DNA from: Eledone cirrhosa | Taxonomy: Eukaryota | Length of the DNA: 64,000 nucleotides | Assembly: GCA_964016885.1 (NCBI GenBank) | Contig: OZ024755.1 | Location: 10,974,001 to 11,038,000, forward strand | Reading direction: 5' to 3' | Shown here: positions 27,958-43,019 of the stretch, in pieces | Layout of the letters: the number at the start of each line of letters is the position of its first letter | How positions within the stretch are numbered: position 1 is the first letter of the stretch | Made by a program: the position numbers and the translations under genes | Notes under the pieces: generated by a model | Databases searched by the model: none | What the model saw: the letters and a program-made list of their open reading frames with translations, nothing else | Told to the model about the DNA's origin: nothing

Positions 27958-29047
27958 CACGCACACACACACACACACACATATATGTGTGTGCGTGTGT
28001 GTGTGTGTGTGTATGAGTGTGCATGTGCAAATGTGTTTGTGTGCATGTGTGTGTATTGGTCAATATGAGACTTTGGTTGAGTGACACATGCCCAAAGTGC
28101 CAGCTGTGGTTGTGGAGTAACCTTTTAATCACAGCTATACCTAAGACAATTAAGTATGATATTGTTGCTATTTCTAGCAGGTCTAGTTACACACTATAGG
28201 TGCCATATAGGTTTCATATATCTCGTGGAAGAGAATCAATGTAGTGTTATTATTTTGTGGTCTTATAGTCTTTATCTTCTGTGGCCTGCTTTTGCTCCCA
28301 GCCCCTTTAGGAAACACCTGTTTGACCCCCAATACCATATCCGGTAGATTAATGTTATTTCCAATACACACATATACACTCACACAAACATGCACATGTA
28401 TGCATACACACACACAAACACTCGTAATACATGCGCATGCGCACACAGTGATATGATAAGCCAAACTATATATACAGCTGTTTTCATTAAGGACTCGTAC
28501 AGTCCGATGAATATCCATTGTACCTTCAAAAATACATTTGTGCGCGTGTGTATATATGTATGCCTGTATGTATGTATGTATGTATGTATGTATGCATGCA
28601 TGTATGTATGTATGCCTGTATGTATGAATGTATGTATGTATGTATATGAATATATATATGTGTGTGTGCGTGTGTACAGTCCGATGAGTCTCCATTGAAA
28701 TGAAACTGATCACTAACTTATATTGTACCTTCAATAATATATATGTGTATGTGTATGTATATAGGTATATATGAGTGTGTATATATATATATATGTATGT
28801 GTGCGTGTGTGTGTTTGTTAAGAGTGTATACATATCCTGGAACAAATTCCATATTAGTTTTCTCTTTTTATTTATAAAAAATCAAACTGTGTTTATTGTA
28901 GTGTGAATAATTGTTAAATTGAAAATCTATCTGCCTATCTATTCATCTCTTTTATACACACACACACATAATATATATACACAGACACATATGCACGTAC
29001 ACACATGCCTACACATCAACGTACATACATTCACACGCAATCACTTA

Positions 29048-29116
<69 letters not shown>

Positions 29117-29270
29117 ATAAATATACATATACATACCTTTGCACAATGGATGTAGTTTATATCTTTTTTGTCTCTTTTTTTAACTAAGTTAACTTTATTG
29201 TGGTGTACATAATTGTTAATATAGATGTCTCTTGCGCTACAAATGGTAAAGACGTCTATATATTATATTA

Positions 29271-29445
29271 AGTATCGGTAGAGGGTTGGACGCCATGCTT
29301 TCTAGCATAGTTAAGTCCCTTTATGGTCTGAGTTCAAATCCCGTCGAGGTCAACTTTACCTTTCATCCTTAAGGGGTCGATAAAATAAAGTACCAGTAAT
29401 GTACTAGGTAATTACTGGCCTTGTGCCAAACGTAGAATCAATTAT
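29271..29445 (+). mobile_element. SINE family 1
   Basis: agtatcggtagagggttggacgccatgc..tctgagttcaaatccc..cctttcatcc..ggccttgtgcc, close to 42578-42756. Confidence 0.9.
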
Positions 29446-30669
29446 ATTAATCTAGAATTGGCAGATTCATTTTAGCTTTGAATAGAATGCTTTGCAGTAT
29501 TTGTTGCGGATCTCTGCACTCTGTGATCTAATCTGGTTTAGGTCGATTTTGTCTTTCATTTAACACATCTGTGACTTCACCAATATATTTTCCTCACTCA
29601 CAAATAGAGACCTACCTAAAAACTAAAGAGTTGAACATCACATTGAACTTGCGAGTGTAGGAAGACCTCCAAACGTCGTGGGCACTGATCCTATTTTTCG
29701 CTTTAATTAATAAAAGCAATCTATACTGCTTCGCCTTGAAATCGAGCTCAATTCCCAAACCATTATTTCATACACCATTATATAGATAACCTTTATTTCC
29801 TGGCGGAAACGTAAGAGTGCCGTCATGAGAGACAGCCTGAATTTCAGCATTTTTAAATATAGCAGGGCCCGCACCAGTGAGAAGTGGGAAGAGTCGGTAT
29901 CAGTATTGAACTGCTGCTTTATATATAGGCCACGAAACGAAGAAAGGCAACGTTGACCTTCGCGGTGGGGTTTGAAATCAGATGGCTGTGAGCCCGAACA
30001 AAAGCAGAAGTATATTTTATGCGACTCCCGCCAACGCATATACTAATTCCCCACTTTAACAGTATATAATGTATACGATTATAACAATGTGTAGTACTGT
30101 ATGTAACAAAGAATGTTTCTCCTGCAGCTCATGTGGATTTTACTTAGTTGAAAACAGAAGTCACTAATTCGATTAAAATCTCTATTGTGAAGCGGCTTTG
30201 GTATTGGAAATGTTTCTGGGGTCAATAGTAATGGTTCCTAAACAGTTTATCTTCTTTATTACTGCAAGCTAAATGTTTTTCATGTTACTACTCTACATAC
30301 GTACACACACACATATATATATATATATAGCTATGTGTGTGTCTGTGTATATGTATATGTCTGGGTGTGTGCATATGCGTGCGTACTGGTGTGCTTTTGT
30401 AAATGTGTGTCTTTGTGTAAGTGTGTGTCAGTGTAGGTGTTTGTGAGTATGTTTTTGCTTGTGTAGCTCTGTGTATCAATATGTTATTGTGTCTGTGTAT
30501 ATCTGTTTGAATGTGTTTGTATATATATATATGTATCTATGTCTATAAGTGTGTTAATTCCCTCTGTTTAATCATACAAACACACCCAAATCCTCCTCAA
30601 TATACACTTTCAGTGTATTTCACTTTATAAAATCAATTGTTTCTTAAATTTAATTACGTAACACACGCA

Positions 30670-30741
<72 letters not shown>

Positions 30742-30905
30742 TACATATATAGATATATAGCAACAAAAACAGCTATATATAAATGCATACATGAATATAT
30801 CTCTATACATATGTGTGTGTATCTATATATATATATGTGTGTGTGTGCGTGTGTGTATATGAGTATGTGTGTGTGTATATATATACATATATATGTGTGT
30901 GTGTG

Positions 30906-30972
<67 letters not shown>

Positions 30973-31106
30973 GTGTGTGTGTGTATATATTATATACTAG
31001 TGTGCCATGCCTTCAATAATGACATCATATGTTTTTGTCTTACATAATTGTATTAAAATTGATTATGAAATGAAGTGAAAATATATGCAGTTTGTTAGTA
31101 GTAGTA

Positions 31107-31175
<69 letters not shown>

Positions 31176-32038
31176 CAACAACAACAACTGCAGCAGTATT
31201 AATACATCGTAGTTCACAATAAGGACTTATATGGATGTATATACAATACGTTCATGTAATATAAACATGCACACATAAGTCTCCATGTGTATATTTTAAG
31301 GTCACAGTTATCTGAACAATCACGTTAGCACTACTGCTAATTAATACATGTTTTACTATTAATTCAAGCCTGGAATAACAAACAAACAAAACTGGTTATT
31401 TTCTTTACATAAATGTAAAGCAATACCTTTTCTTTAAGGGAGATCGTAGTTATAACTATTAGAACCAAACAGAAACAACTTCTGGATTACTGATTCATTC
31501 ACTATGGCTAGACAGATTTATCTTCGTTTGGTTTTTTTTGGTTTTCCATCTATTTTTTTTAAGACACGAAGTTTCATTTGCGTCACGTCATATCTTTTTA
31601 GAATGAAAATGTCAGCTAATCTTGTGATGGATCCTTCGTCGGTTTCAACGATTAACATTGTCCTATAATCAACGGAACAGCTAGTTCATGAAATTAACAT
31701 GAAAATGGCTGAGCATCCCACAGACGCGAATATCCGTAACGTAATTCTCGGAGTGGTTCAGAGTGAGACAGTGAATGAAAAGACGGCCCCGTGTGAATCA
31801 CATGTTACTGTCTAACTGACGGGCTTCCAGATAGTTCCTGTTTTACCAGGTTCACTTGCCTAATATGCCATGCAATGGGACCAAACTTGGGACCTCATGA
31901 TGGCAAAGCGAACCTCTTGACCAGTCAACCAGGCCTGCGTCCACAACACAGTAATACCTCATAATGCCACGACAAAACAATTACCTGTTACATTATGATG
32001 TATACAGATACATAAAACATGTTCAGCCTTGCTTTATA

Positions 32039-32595
<557 letters not shown>

Positions 32596-32800
32596 TTACA
32601 TATTGTACACAATAATATAATTGTTGTATTATGACGTATAAAGATATGATAGACAATAGCAAAAGAAAATTGACGCGTCTACGCTGTTGTAAAATGATTG
32701 ACGTCAGTGTTTGAATGAACCGAAATAAATAATTTCCAAGATTTTTTATTAACTAAGACGGAAATATAATACAAATGGACAACAGAGCATATACATATAT

Positions 32801-32870
<70 letters not shown>

Positions 32871-33155
32871 AGTTTGTGTGTGTGTATGTGTATCACACAC
32901 ACATATATATATAGTTTGTGTGTGTGTATGTGTATAAATGTATGTATGTATAAATGTATGTATAAATGTATGTATGGATATATGTATGAATGTATGTATA
33001 TATGTATGTATATATGTATGTATGTATAAGTATAAATGTATGTATGTATACTGTGAGAGATAATGCAGACGTTGGCTTAAATTAGCAGAAAATGGCTAAC
33101 ACTAACCGCAGGGATAATGTATCAGTCAGACAGAACACAGACACACAGCCATACA

Positions 33156-33251
<96 letters not shown>

Positions 33252-33557
33252 GTATATATATATATATGTGTGTGTGTGCGTATATATATATAATTTGTGT
33301 GTGCATGTGTGTGTGTGTGAATGACTATATGCATGTACATCCATGCAAGCATATACATACATACGCACATACACACAGGCATACTTTCATACATACATAC
33401 ATACGTATTTTTTAGATAATTTTTAATAAACGAAAACTTATATTTCTATTATTTCAGAATTTTTAAATGTTTGTAATCTATTAAAAGTTATTTATTTAAT
33501 ACCGTCTTTGAAAAAACATTATACGTTAGTATATAAAAGCGGTAGATAGACCAAATG

Positions 33558-33959
<402 letters not shown>

Positions 33960-34438
33960 TATACATATATATAGATATATAGATATATAGATATATATAG
34001 ATATATATGTGTGTGTGTGTCTCTGTGTGTGTGTGTGTTTGTCTGTCTGTCTGTCTTCTCTGTGAGTGTGTGTTTGTGTGCATGAATGTGGGTGTGAGTG
34101 TGAGTGTCTGTGTGTGTGTGAGAGAGAGAGAGAATGTGTGTATGTGTATGTGTATGTCAGTGAAAGAGAGGATGAGAGAAAGATATTCCTTCTTCCTCTT
34201 CTAATATTACTACTTCTGTTTCTTTTACTTCTCCTTCCTCTTCTTCGTTTCCTCTTTTTCCTATTTCGTCTTCTTCACCTTATTTTTCTTATTTTCCTTT
34301 ATTTCTTTTATATATATATATACGATGCGTGTGGCTCTGTGTGTGACTTTGTGTGTGTATGTGTTTGTGTATGTGTACATGTACGTGTGTGTGCATGTGT
34401 GTGTGCGTCTGTCTGTGTGTGTTCTTCTGTGTGCGTGT

Positions 34439-34481
<43 letters not shown>

Positions 34482-35172
34482 ACACACATACACACACACT
34501 GTGCATGTGTGTGTGTGTGTGTGTTTACATGTGCATATGTGTGTCCATCTGTATATATATGTATCTGTGTGTATTCTTAAATTATTTTTACTCACCATTA
34601 TATATATATATATATCTTCTCATTTTCACTGTGTTTTTTTACTCCTCGGAATGTTTTATCTCCTAGTTTCTTAATCAACAATAAAATTATATTATACGAA
34701 TACAAAAAGCTAGCTATAGCATTTCTTTTTATTTATGATACAAATATATTTTATTACATACTTTTTCTGTTTGTTTGGAGGGATGTTGTATTTTACACCA
34801 TATTATTACATATTATTTTTATATCTATTTTAGTCTCTGTTTTTATTCTATTTATTATTATTTTTTCTTGTTTTTTCTTGTTGTTGTTTTTGCTTTGTTT
34901 TATATGATATGTCTATGTAATTGGATAAAAAATATCTGCTTTTGATATTTTCTTCGTCACCGCCATCTTTAACAGCGGCAGTATCGTCATCGTCGTCGTC
35001 GCCGTTGTCGTCCATCATCATCATCGTCGTCGTCGTCGTCTTCATCATCCTAATCATCATCATCATTTTCACCAAAATTTTTATTTTCATCATCTTTATC
35101 ATGAAGATGATCATCATCATCGTCAGCATAATGATCACAACGATCATCACTATTATCACATCTCTGAAGAAC

Positions 35173-35229
<57 letters not shown>

Positions 35230-35302
35230 GGTGTGTGTGTGTGTCTGTGTGTGTCGATATACATGTGCATATACATATATAACATATATATGTGTGTGTG
35301 TC

Positions 35303-35334
<32 letters not shown>

Positions 35335-35470
35335 TAAAGAAAGAAAAATAGCTAGATAAACCGGAACGTAGATAATTGATATATAGATATATTGAGATAT
35401 GAATTGATACATATGTAGAGAGGAGCAGATGGCAGAGACAGGCGGACTGTTAGCTAGTCAGAGAGAGAAT

Positions 35471-35549
<79 letters not shown>

Positions 35550-35550
<1 letters not shown>

Positions 35551-36132
35551 GGGTTGTACACACCCCGAAAAAATGTACAACCCTCATCTCCAGGAGCACC
35601 AAGAGTGTGTACTCCCCTCCTCTCTTCCTCTTTTTCCTCAACCTACAGGCTTATATAGAGAGAAGGCCCAATCACTCTGGCCATCTTTGCCACATTCACC
35701 CACCTTTTATAAAATTTGCTGGGGTACTGTACCTCTCTCTCCATCCTCATTCTTCTTCCAAAATGATATTTGAAAAAACGAATCAGTTGTTCGCCGGAGA
35801 GAAAGGTGTCTGATCTCAGCTCTTTTAATCTCGTCCAACATATAACCTCTTTCACCATGGCCATAACACATAGGAAAACCGCCTCTCCCTCGTTTTTGAA
35901 GGGGGGTGGCGGTTTGATCATGACAATGGACTCGGTGGTCAACTGGATTTGTCCCACCCGCGACAATAGTTGTTCTACATGCCCCACAGGTCGGTAACGC
36001 CCGGGCAGTGTACAAATGCGTCAGCGACGGTTTCCTCGTCGCGCACGCATCACGGACAGATCTTTTTCGAAGGGTCCCTGCCCGGGCGCCCGTGTCTGTA
36101 GAGCTTGTCTCGAACTGGTAGAGCTCCTTGTA
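35550..36132 (-). mobile_element. Second Tx1/L1-clade LINE fragment (ORF2 C-terminus, disrupted) abutting (GATA)n
   Basis: GALPVRDKLYRHG..DPSKKICP*CVRDEET, then VEQLLSRVGQIQLTTESIVMIKPPPPF..GPSLYISL; clearly homologous to 13762-14198. Confidence 0.88.
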
Positions 36133-36142
36133 AAAATGATAA

Positions 36143-36191
36143 ATATCTTGAATCGATTTTCAAAGCTCTTTGGCTTCTCATCAGAAGATAT
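36143..36191 (-). ncRNA. Minimal type I hammerhead ribozyme, intact
   Basis: Minus strand: atatctt-CTGATGA-gaagc caaaga gcttt-GAAA-ATCGAT-TC-aagatat; perfect 7-bp helix I, 5-bp helix II, palindromic AATCGATT helix III. Confidence 0.88.
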
Positions 36192-36574
36192 ACGTAACTA
36201 GTAGGTAGAGGTGGACATATGTATCAAATCGCTTATAGTTGCATCAATGAACATACTAATCTGTATATTGTTAATGCTCATGTAAATCCTCATTTTGATA
36301 TTTATTAAGTTGCTTATTGTAAACTGCTACCACACAAGTTTAACTATAATTTGGACATTGACAGATACAAGTTCGATATATGCAGTCAAATCTGTTCACA
36401 TTTTCCATCTCAAGTGGTTTACATGGCCAACATATTCGACTAGTTTATAAGTTAAACTTGCATTCATGTAGCTTACATAGGCTAACATTCGGATAAGCTA
36501 AAATTTGAATATGTTCAACTCATCGTAAAACGAATATTTATATATATATATATATGATGTATATATATATATAC

Positions 36575-36985
36575 AGATGTAAGAAAAACCACAGACCCTC
36601 CATCTCAACTCTACTTTTGAAAAGCAGAAGGAACTGCGAAACCGGTAAAGGAACCAAATAAATATATATATATTTTTTTAAATAAGATTCCAGTTGCATT
36701 TTCGATTTCATCTTTTTTCTTTAGACGTTCACTCGTGTAGGACACCTCGGTTATTGTTTTCACCACTCCAAATAATGACGTTAAATCTTCGTTTTTTTTT
36801 CGTTCTTTGCCAGGAAACGTTTCCACGAACCAAAGTATCGTCTTCCTGTCTTCCTTTTCGGTTGCAACGTTTTTCGAAATATTTACTTTTGCGTTCACAG
36901 ATTGATTTTTTGGGTTTCAGAAGATCCCGTTAAGAGTGAAAGCAACGATTCTTTGCTTAAACTTTAATCTGTTATTTTAATAAAT
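36575..36985 (+). mobile_element. Penelope-like element family C, single arm in (TA)n
   Basis: Homologous to the arms of 38669-39003; TA tracts on both sides. Confidence 0.75.
36613..36651 (+). ncRNA. Hammerhead ribozyme, U3-A8 core variant
   Basis: ctt-TTGAAAA-gcag aaggaa ctgc-GAAA-CCGG-TA-aag. Confidence 0.7.
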
Positions 36986-36987
36986 TA

Positions 36988-37018
<31 letters not shown>

Positions 37019-37033
37019 CATACATACTCACAT

Positions 37034-37110
<77 letters not shown>

Positions 37111-37172
37111 CATATGCATACACATGTATACATAGATATATATGCAGGTGTATGTATATATATAAATATATT

Positions 37173-37304
<132 letters not shown>

Positions 37305-37799
37305 ATGGTGAATTTCATAATGTACATGTGCAATTATGAATTTTAAATGATTTTATAATTTTAGTTGTATAAATGACAGAATTAATCTGTAAAAATACAT
37401 TTAGCAGCCGAAAGCATGTAATTTTATCGGCTCCAATCAAAACGGTTGTTTATTAATTTTTAAAAATATTAATAGTTATTTGTACTTTACTTCATGGGGA
37501 CATGTAAAAACACTTCTGTTTATTCAACCAAACCTCGTTATCTAGGTGACTTGCGGGCTAAGATATATAATGCGATTCGGGGTAGAACTAATTAGCGTAT
37601 TTCTAGATTTTCAGAATTGCATCATGGGCAAAACATGTAATGATGGTGGCCATGTTGTAAATTAACAATTTCGCAAACAAATTTATTTTCAAATATAATA
37701 AATTCTTCCATTTCTGCTTTTCAGAGATTTATTCTGATATGAATATAGAATTAATGTTATACATATTTAAAATTGTCTGATGAACGTGTATGGATGTAT

Positions 37800-37818
37800 G
37801 TGTAGATATATATGTATA

Positions 37819-37849
<31 letters not shown>

Positions 37850-37864
37850 GAATATATATATATA

Positions 37865-37960
<96 letters not shown>

Positions 37961-38047
37961 TATATATATATATGAATATATATATATATATGAATATATA
38001 TATATATATGAATATATATATATGAATATATATATATATATATGAAT

Positions 38048-38089
<42 letters not shown>

Positions 38090-38124
38090 GAATGAATATA
38101 TATATATATATATATATATGATAT

Positions 38125-38157
<33 letters not shown>

Positions 38158-38379
38158 GAATATATATATATATATATGAAATATATATATATATATATAT
38201 ATGAATATATATATATATATTCAATATATATATATATATATATATGAATATATATATATATGAATATATCTATATATATATATATGTGTACTATATATAT
38301 ATGTATATAATAATTGTATATATAAATGTGTATATATGTATATATAATTGTATATATATATGTGTATATATAAATTATA

Positions 38380-38432
<53 letters not shown>
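37800..38432. repeat. Long compound (TA)n with periodic 'tatgaa' interruptions
   Basis: About 630 bp almost purely A/T. Confidence 0.9.
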
Positions 38433-38436
<4 letters not shown>

Positions 38437-38612
38437 CCGCCCCATCATCCCCCAAAAACCCATTTCCCCTGTGAAAAAATAGTTTAATTAGGAATAAGTA
38501 TAAACTAGTAATAAGTATTAGTTTACATTCAGTTTTAGTTTTAAATTTTTACCCGGTTGCGCATTTCTTATGCTTTTCAAAAATAATTTTGAAATAGAGT
38601 GCTCGTGATTTT
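38433..38612 (-). mobile_element. Family D element, single diverged arm with variant hammerhead (38546-38586)
   Basis: Homologous to 54195-54340; minus strand TTGAAAA-gcat aagaa atgc-GCAA-CCGG-GTA. Confidence 0.7.
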
Positions 38613-38805
38613 TGTATATATATATGTATATATATATGTATATATATATGTATATATATATATATATAATTAGAAAGTGAGGTTTTTTTTACAAAATGAA
38701 AAATAACCGAGGTGTCCTACACGAGTGGAAGTATAAAGAAAAAGGGATGAAATCGAAAATGAACTGAAGTCTTATTTTTTTTTAAATATATATATTTATT
38801 TGGTT

Positions 38806-38843
38806 CCTTTACCGGTTTCGCAGTTCTTCTGCTTTTCAAAAGG
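38806..38843 (-). ncRNA. Hammerhead ribozyme, U3-A8 variant (inverted arm)
   Basis: Exact reverse complement of 38891-38928. Confidence 0.75.
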
Positions 38844-38890
38844 TGAGTTTAGATGGAGGGTCTGTACCACAGACCCTCCATCTCAACTCA

Positions 38891-38928
38891 CCTTTTGAAA
38901 AGCAGAAGAACTGCGAAACCGGTAAAGG
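38891..38928 (+). ncRNA. Hammerhead ribozyme, U3-A8 variant
   Basis: cctt-TTGAAAA-gcag aagaa ctgc-GAAA-CCGG-TA-aagg; helices I and II paired, palindromic ACCGGT helix III, GUA site. Confidence 0.78.
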
Positions 38929-38996
38929 AACCAAATAAATATATATATTTAAAAAAAAATAAGACTTCAGTTGCATTTTCGATTTCATCCCTTTTT

Positions 38997-39084
<88 letters not shown>

Positions 39085-39092
39085 AGAAACAC

Positions 39093-39131
<39 letters not shown>

Positions 39132-39188
39132 AGAAACACATATATTATACATATATATATATATTATACATATATGTATATATATATG

Positions 39189-39312
<124 letters not shown>

Positions 39313-39955
39313 TGTTTCAATTAGCATTAACACAAATATAGCGTGGTTAATAATAGTGGTGTACACTTTATACTTTATTTTATTTTACGCTTTATGCAAA
39401 TGGACATCTACAGCCAACGATCCATGCGCAAAAACACAAATATTTTGCTTATTCATATAGTCTGTAGCAAGTGTGAAAATGTTACTAATAGTGAATAAAA
39501 TTTCGCAAATGAGTGTCTGACATTCTAATGAGATAGTTGTGATCATATCACAGCTTAAAACATTCATAGAGAGATTCTTGGCTGTTAATTGTACATAAAC
39601 ATATTATAGATGTATTCATATCCACTCCTATTATACATGTGTAGGCCTGCATTTGTTTGCATGTATGTATGTATCTATGTATGAAGGCATGAGTAAAGGA
39701 ATCGTTGTATATTGGCATTTCTTCCAGTCGGAAGTGTAGAAAGCAATGTGCTTCGGTCGGTGGTCCCCAACATCATTTGAAAAGTCACCAACAAAAAAAA
39801 AAACAGCAAATTAAAGCTAAGTGGAAGTAATATTCATCACTGCAACATATACAGAAAGGAATGTAAATCCTTGGCGGAACAAAGGAGTCATATTCGTGCC
39901 GCCCATGTGTGAAAGAGAGGTTAGGTGGTGGCAATGCTTGAAATCGAGATGCAGC

Positions 39956-40033
<78 letters not shown>

Positions 40034-40080
40034 GTAGAACACTGGAAGGTAATATCCGTAGAGGTAGAGCACTCGTTTTA

Positions 40081-40118
40081 CGAGCTGAGGATCCGCTAAG
40101 GTGAAACAATTGTTCTCG
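40081..40118 (+). ncRNA. Minimal type I hammerhead ribozyme (weak helix II) in a ~120-bp element in (TA)n (40030-40150)
   Basis: cgag-CTGAGGA-tcc gctaa ggt-GAAA-CAATTG-TT-ctcg. Confidence 0.7.
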
Positions 40119-40407
40119 ATATGGTGAACTAACTGTTGTCTAACCACTTCTATATATATATATATATATATATAATAGTAATAAAAGGATGATTTGTTAT
40201 GTCTTCATTACGTTTATTGAGTAGTGATCAGCTCAAGGTTCGATGTGTATCGATCTAGCTCGACTTTGTAATCGAAAGCTCGTCGGACCAATGCTGTGGT
40301 AATGAGCGCATCGAGTTTTCACTCGGGTGAACCATAGTAACTGCACGAAACACTCCCTACTAGATAATATATATATCTATATCTATCTATATATATATCT
40401 ATATCTA

Positions 40408-40454
<47 letters not shown>

Positions 40455-40783
40455 CAGCAAGATGGAAGAAAAGTGTTCATATCTTCTACAATAATTACGT
40501 TTGTGGATATAGATTCGATAAAACAAAATTCGTTACTTTTGCTTTTCAACGGAATTTCATTTATACGTATATATAGATATATATAGAGAGATATGGATAC
40601 ATCTATATATGTGTGTGTGTCATGTTATACTTTTTATATTTTATACTTTTAACATTGACATGCACAATAAGATTGCAACTGCTTTTCAATGCTCATTTGT
40701 AAGAGTAGAGTACACATACGCTTATTATTTTTCGCAAATGTTTCTGTTGAAATATATGCATGTCCCTTTCCATACACAGAAAC

Positions 40784-40816
<33 letters not shown>

Positions 40817-40817
40817 A

Positions 40818-40963
40818 TAACGAAGGAAATGTGGTAAGGAACCAGATATGGACCATAACGCAACAAAGTACTCAATACTTAGGGTAGTAGAGTGGGTAAT
40901 AGGAATGAGTTCAGAATTAGCCGTCGAAACGGCTTGAGCTCAGCCGTCGGGGTCCTACTCGTT

Positions 40964-40968
<5 letters not shown>
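40818..40968. mobile_element. Fold-back element family A in (TA)n
   Basis: Homologous to 3553-3660 and 19622-19798; ataggaatgagt / actcgttcctat inverted; hammerhead 3' half GAAA-CGGCT tgagctc AGCCG-TC-ggggtc on +. Confidence 0.78.
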
Positions 40969-41022
<54 letters not shown>

Positions 41023-41218
41023 ATGTACTTATGTATGTACGTATGCATGTATGTATATATATATGTATATATATAGAGAGAGGAGGAGGACCGAAATGGA
41101 ATGTGTGAGTCAGGTATATACATTTAAACTCCTGTTGCTAAACCCATATATATATATACATCCATACATACATATATACATACATGCACACATATATACA
41201 TCAATATATATGTGTATC

Positions 41219-41261
<43 letters not shown>

Positions 41262-41262
<1 letters not shown>

Positions 41263-41276
41263 TTTGGGTATAGCAT

Positions 41277-41372
<96 letters not shown>

Positions 41373-41387
41373 ATGCTATACCCAAAA
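41262..41387. repeat. 17-bp perfect inverted repeat enclosing (TA)n
   Basis: ttttgggtatagcatta / taatgctatacccaaaa; the right arm continues ~90 bp to another TA tract. Confidence 0.8.
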
Positions 41388-41472
41388 CTGTGTAGCGATA
41401 TAAGCTCACATGAGACACTCTATGCATGCATACAGAAATATAAATACGTGAATTTATACTTTTCTGTATCTC

Positions 41473-41549
<77 letters not shown>

Positions 41550-41932
41550 GTAATGTACATATATTTACACATATATGTGTGTGTACCACCATTTTTTGTG
41601 TAAGTCATTGTATTTTAGCTGGTATCCCGAAGGAAGTAATGTAATATGTTGGTATCACGTTTTCGATATGATACCCCAATAAAACTTGCTTCTCTGTTAC
41701 TCTCAAATGGAAGATTGTTCAAAATGCTTTATTAAAATATTCCCAAATGGATTTCAGTACAATGCTTGCTAGGCACAATATCGATATCTATCTATCCATC
41801 CATCTATCTATCTATCTATCTATCCATCTATCGATAGATATATGTACATATATATGTGTGTGTGTCTATGTGTGTGTGTAAACGTATACTCATATATATA
41901 AATACTCACATATATATGTATATGAATATCAG

Positions 41933-42010
<78 letters not shown>

Positions 42011-42577
42011 ACTGTGTGTGTGTGCGTCTTTGTGTATGTTGATGTTTATCCATGATGAAAAAATTAAGTCATTTTATTTACCTTACACGTGTTTCTGCAA
42101 ATATGTGATGGAAAATAGAAACGGTGAAAAAATATTTCACTCCATTATTAATAATATAGATGTGTCTACATTTTACAATTTCAACATTGTGTAAGATATA
42201 CAAAACGTTTTAACATGTTCATGTTGGATATCCCTCCATTTTTATTTATGTGGTCTGTACATCTGCATTCATACGGCACGTCGGGTGTGTTTACTCAAAG
42301 TTTCATTACTATACTCTACAGATTATACATGTGTAGAATTGATTCTAAGTTTTATTTCTATTTTGCCGATTGCGCTACTGCATTAAGCTTGAAATTTGTT
42401 GGCATAAATTTCATTATCCCCACCTGAACTTTTACTCTCCATATATATATATATGTCTGTGTGTGTGTGTGTGTGTAATATATATGTGTGTGTATGTTTA
42501 TAGAAACAGAGAGAGAAAGAGAAAACGACTCTTCGTTTTAAGGGACACACACATCTGCCACTTAACTCTCTCCATGA

Positions 42578-42756
42578 TTGGCAGTATCGGTAGAGGGTCG
42601 GACGCCATGCTTTCCAGCATAGTTACGTCCCTTTACGATCTGAGTTCAAATCCCGCCGAGGTTGACTTTGCCTTTCATCCTTACGGGGTCGATAAAATAA
42701 AGTACCAGTAGTGCACTGGGTAATTGCTGGCCTTGTGCCTAAAGTAGAGACAATTA
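42578..42756 (+). mobile_element. SINE family 1, near full length
   Basis: A-box-like tggcagtatcgg, B-box-like gagttcaaatcc, conserved core cctttcatccttacggggtcgataaaataaagtaccagt. Confidence 0.9.
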
Positions 42757-42835
42757 ATCTGTAAGCCTCTGTATATATAATATATATAGATATATAAATA
42801 TCTATATGTGGTGTGTGTATATATACATATGTGTG

Positions 42836-42873
<38 letters not shown>

Positions 42874-43019
42874 TGTGTGTGTGTCTGTGTGTGTGTTCGT
42901 GTGTGTGTGTGTGTGTTGAACAATGAACACAAAACAAAGGGTGAAGATAGGTTCTTAGTTCGTAGTTTTACGATCGTTTCGAACAGGCTGGCATGCAGAC
43001 AGATAGACGAATGGACGGA

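Larger units (their letters stand above)
38669..39003. mobile_element. Fold-back Penelope-like element family C in (TA)n
   Basis: ~134-bp near-perfect inverted arms 38732-38865 / 38869-39003 with a 3-nt loop; left arm extends to ~38669. Confidence 0.88.
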
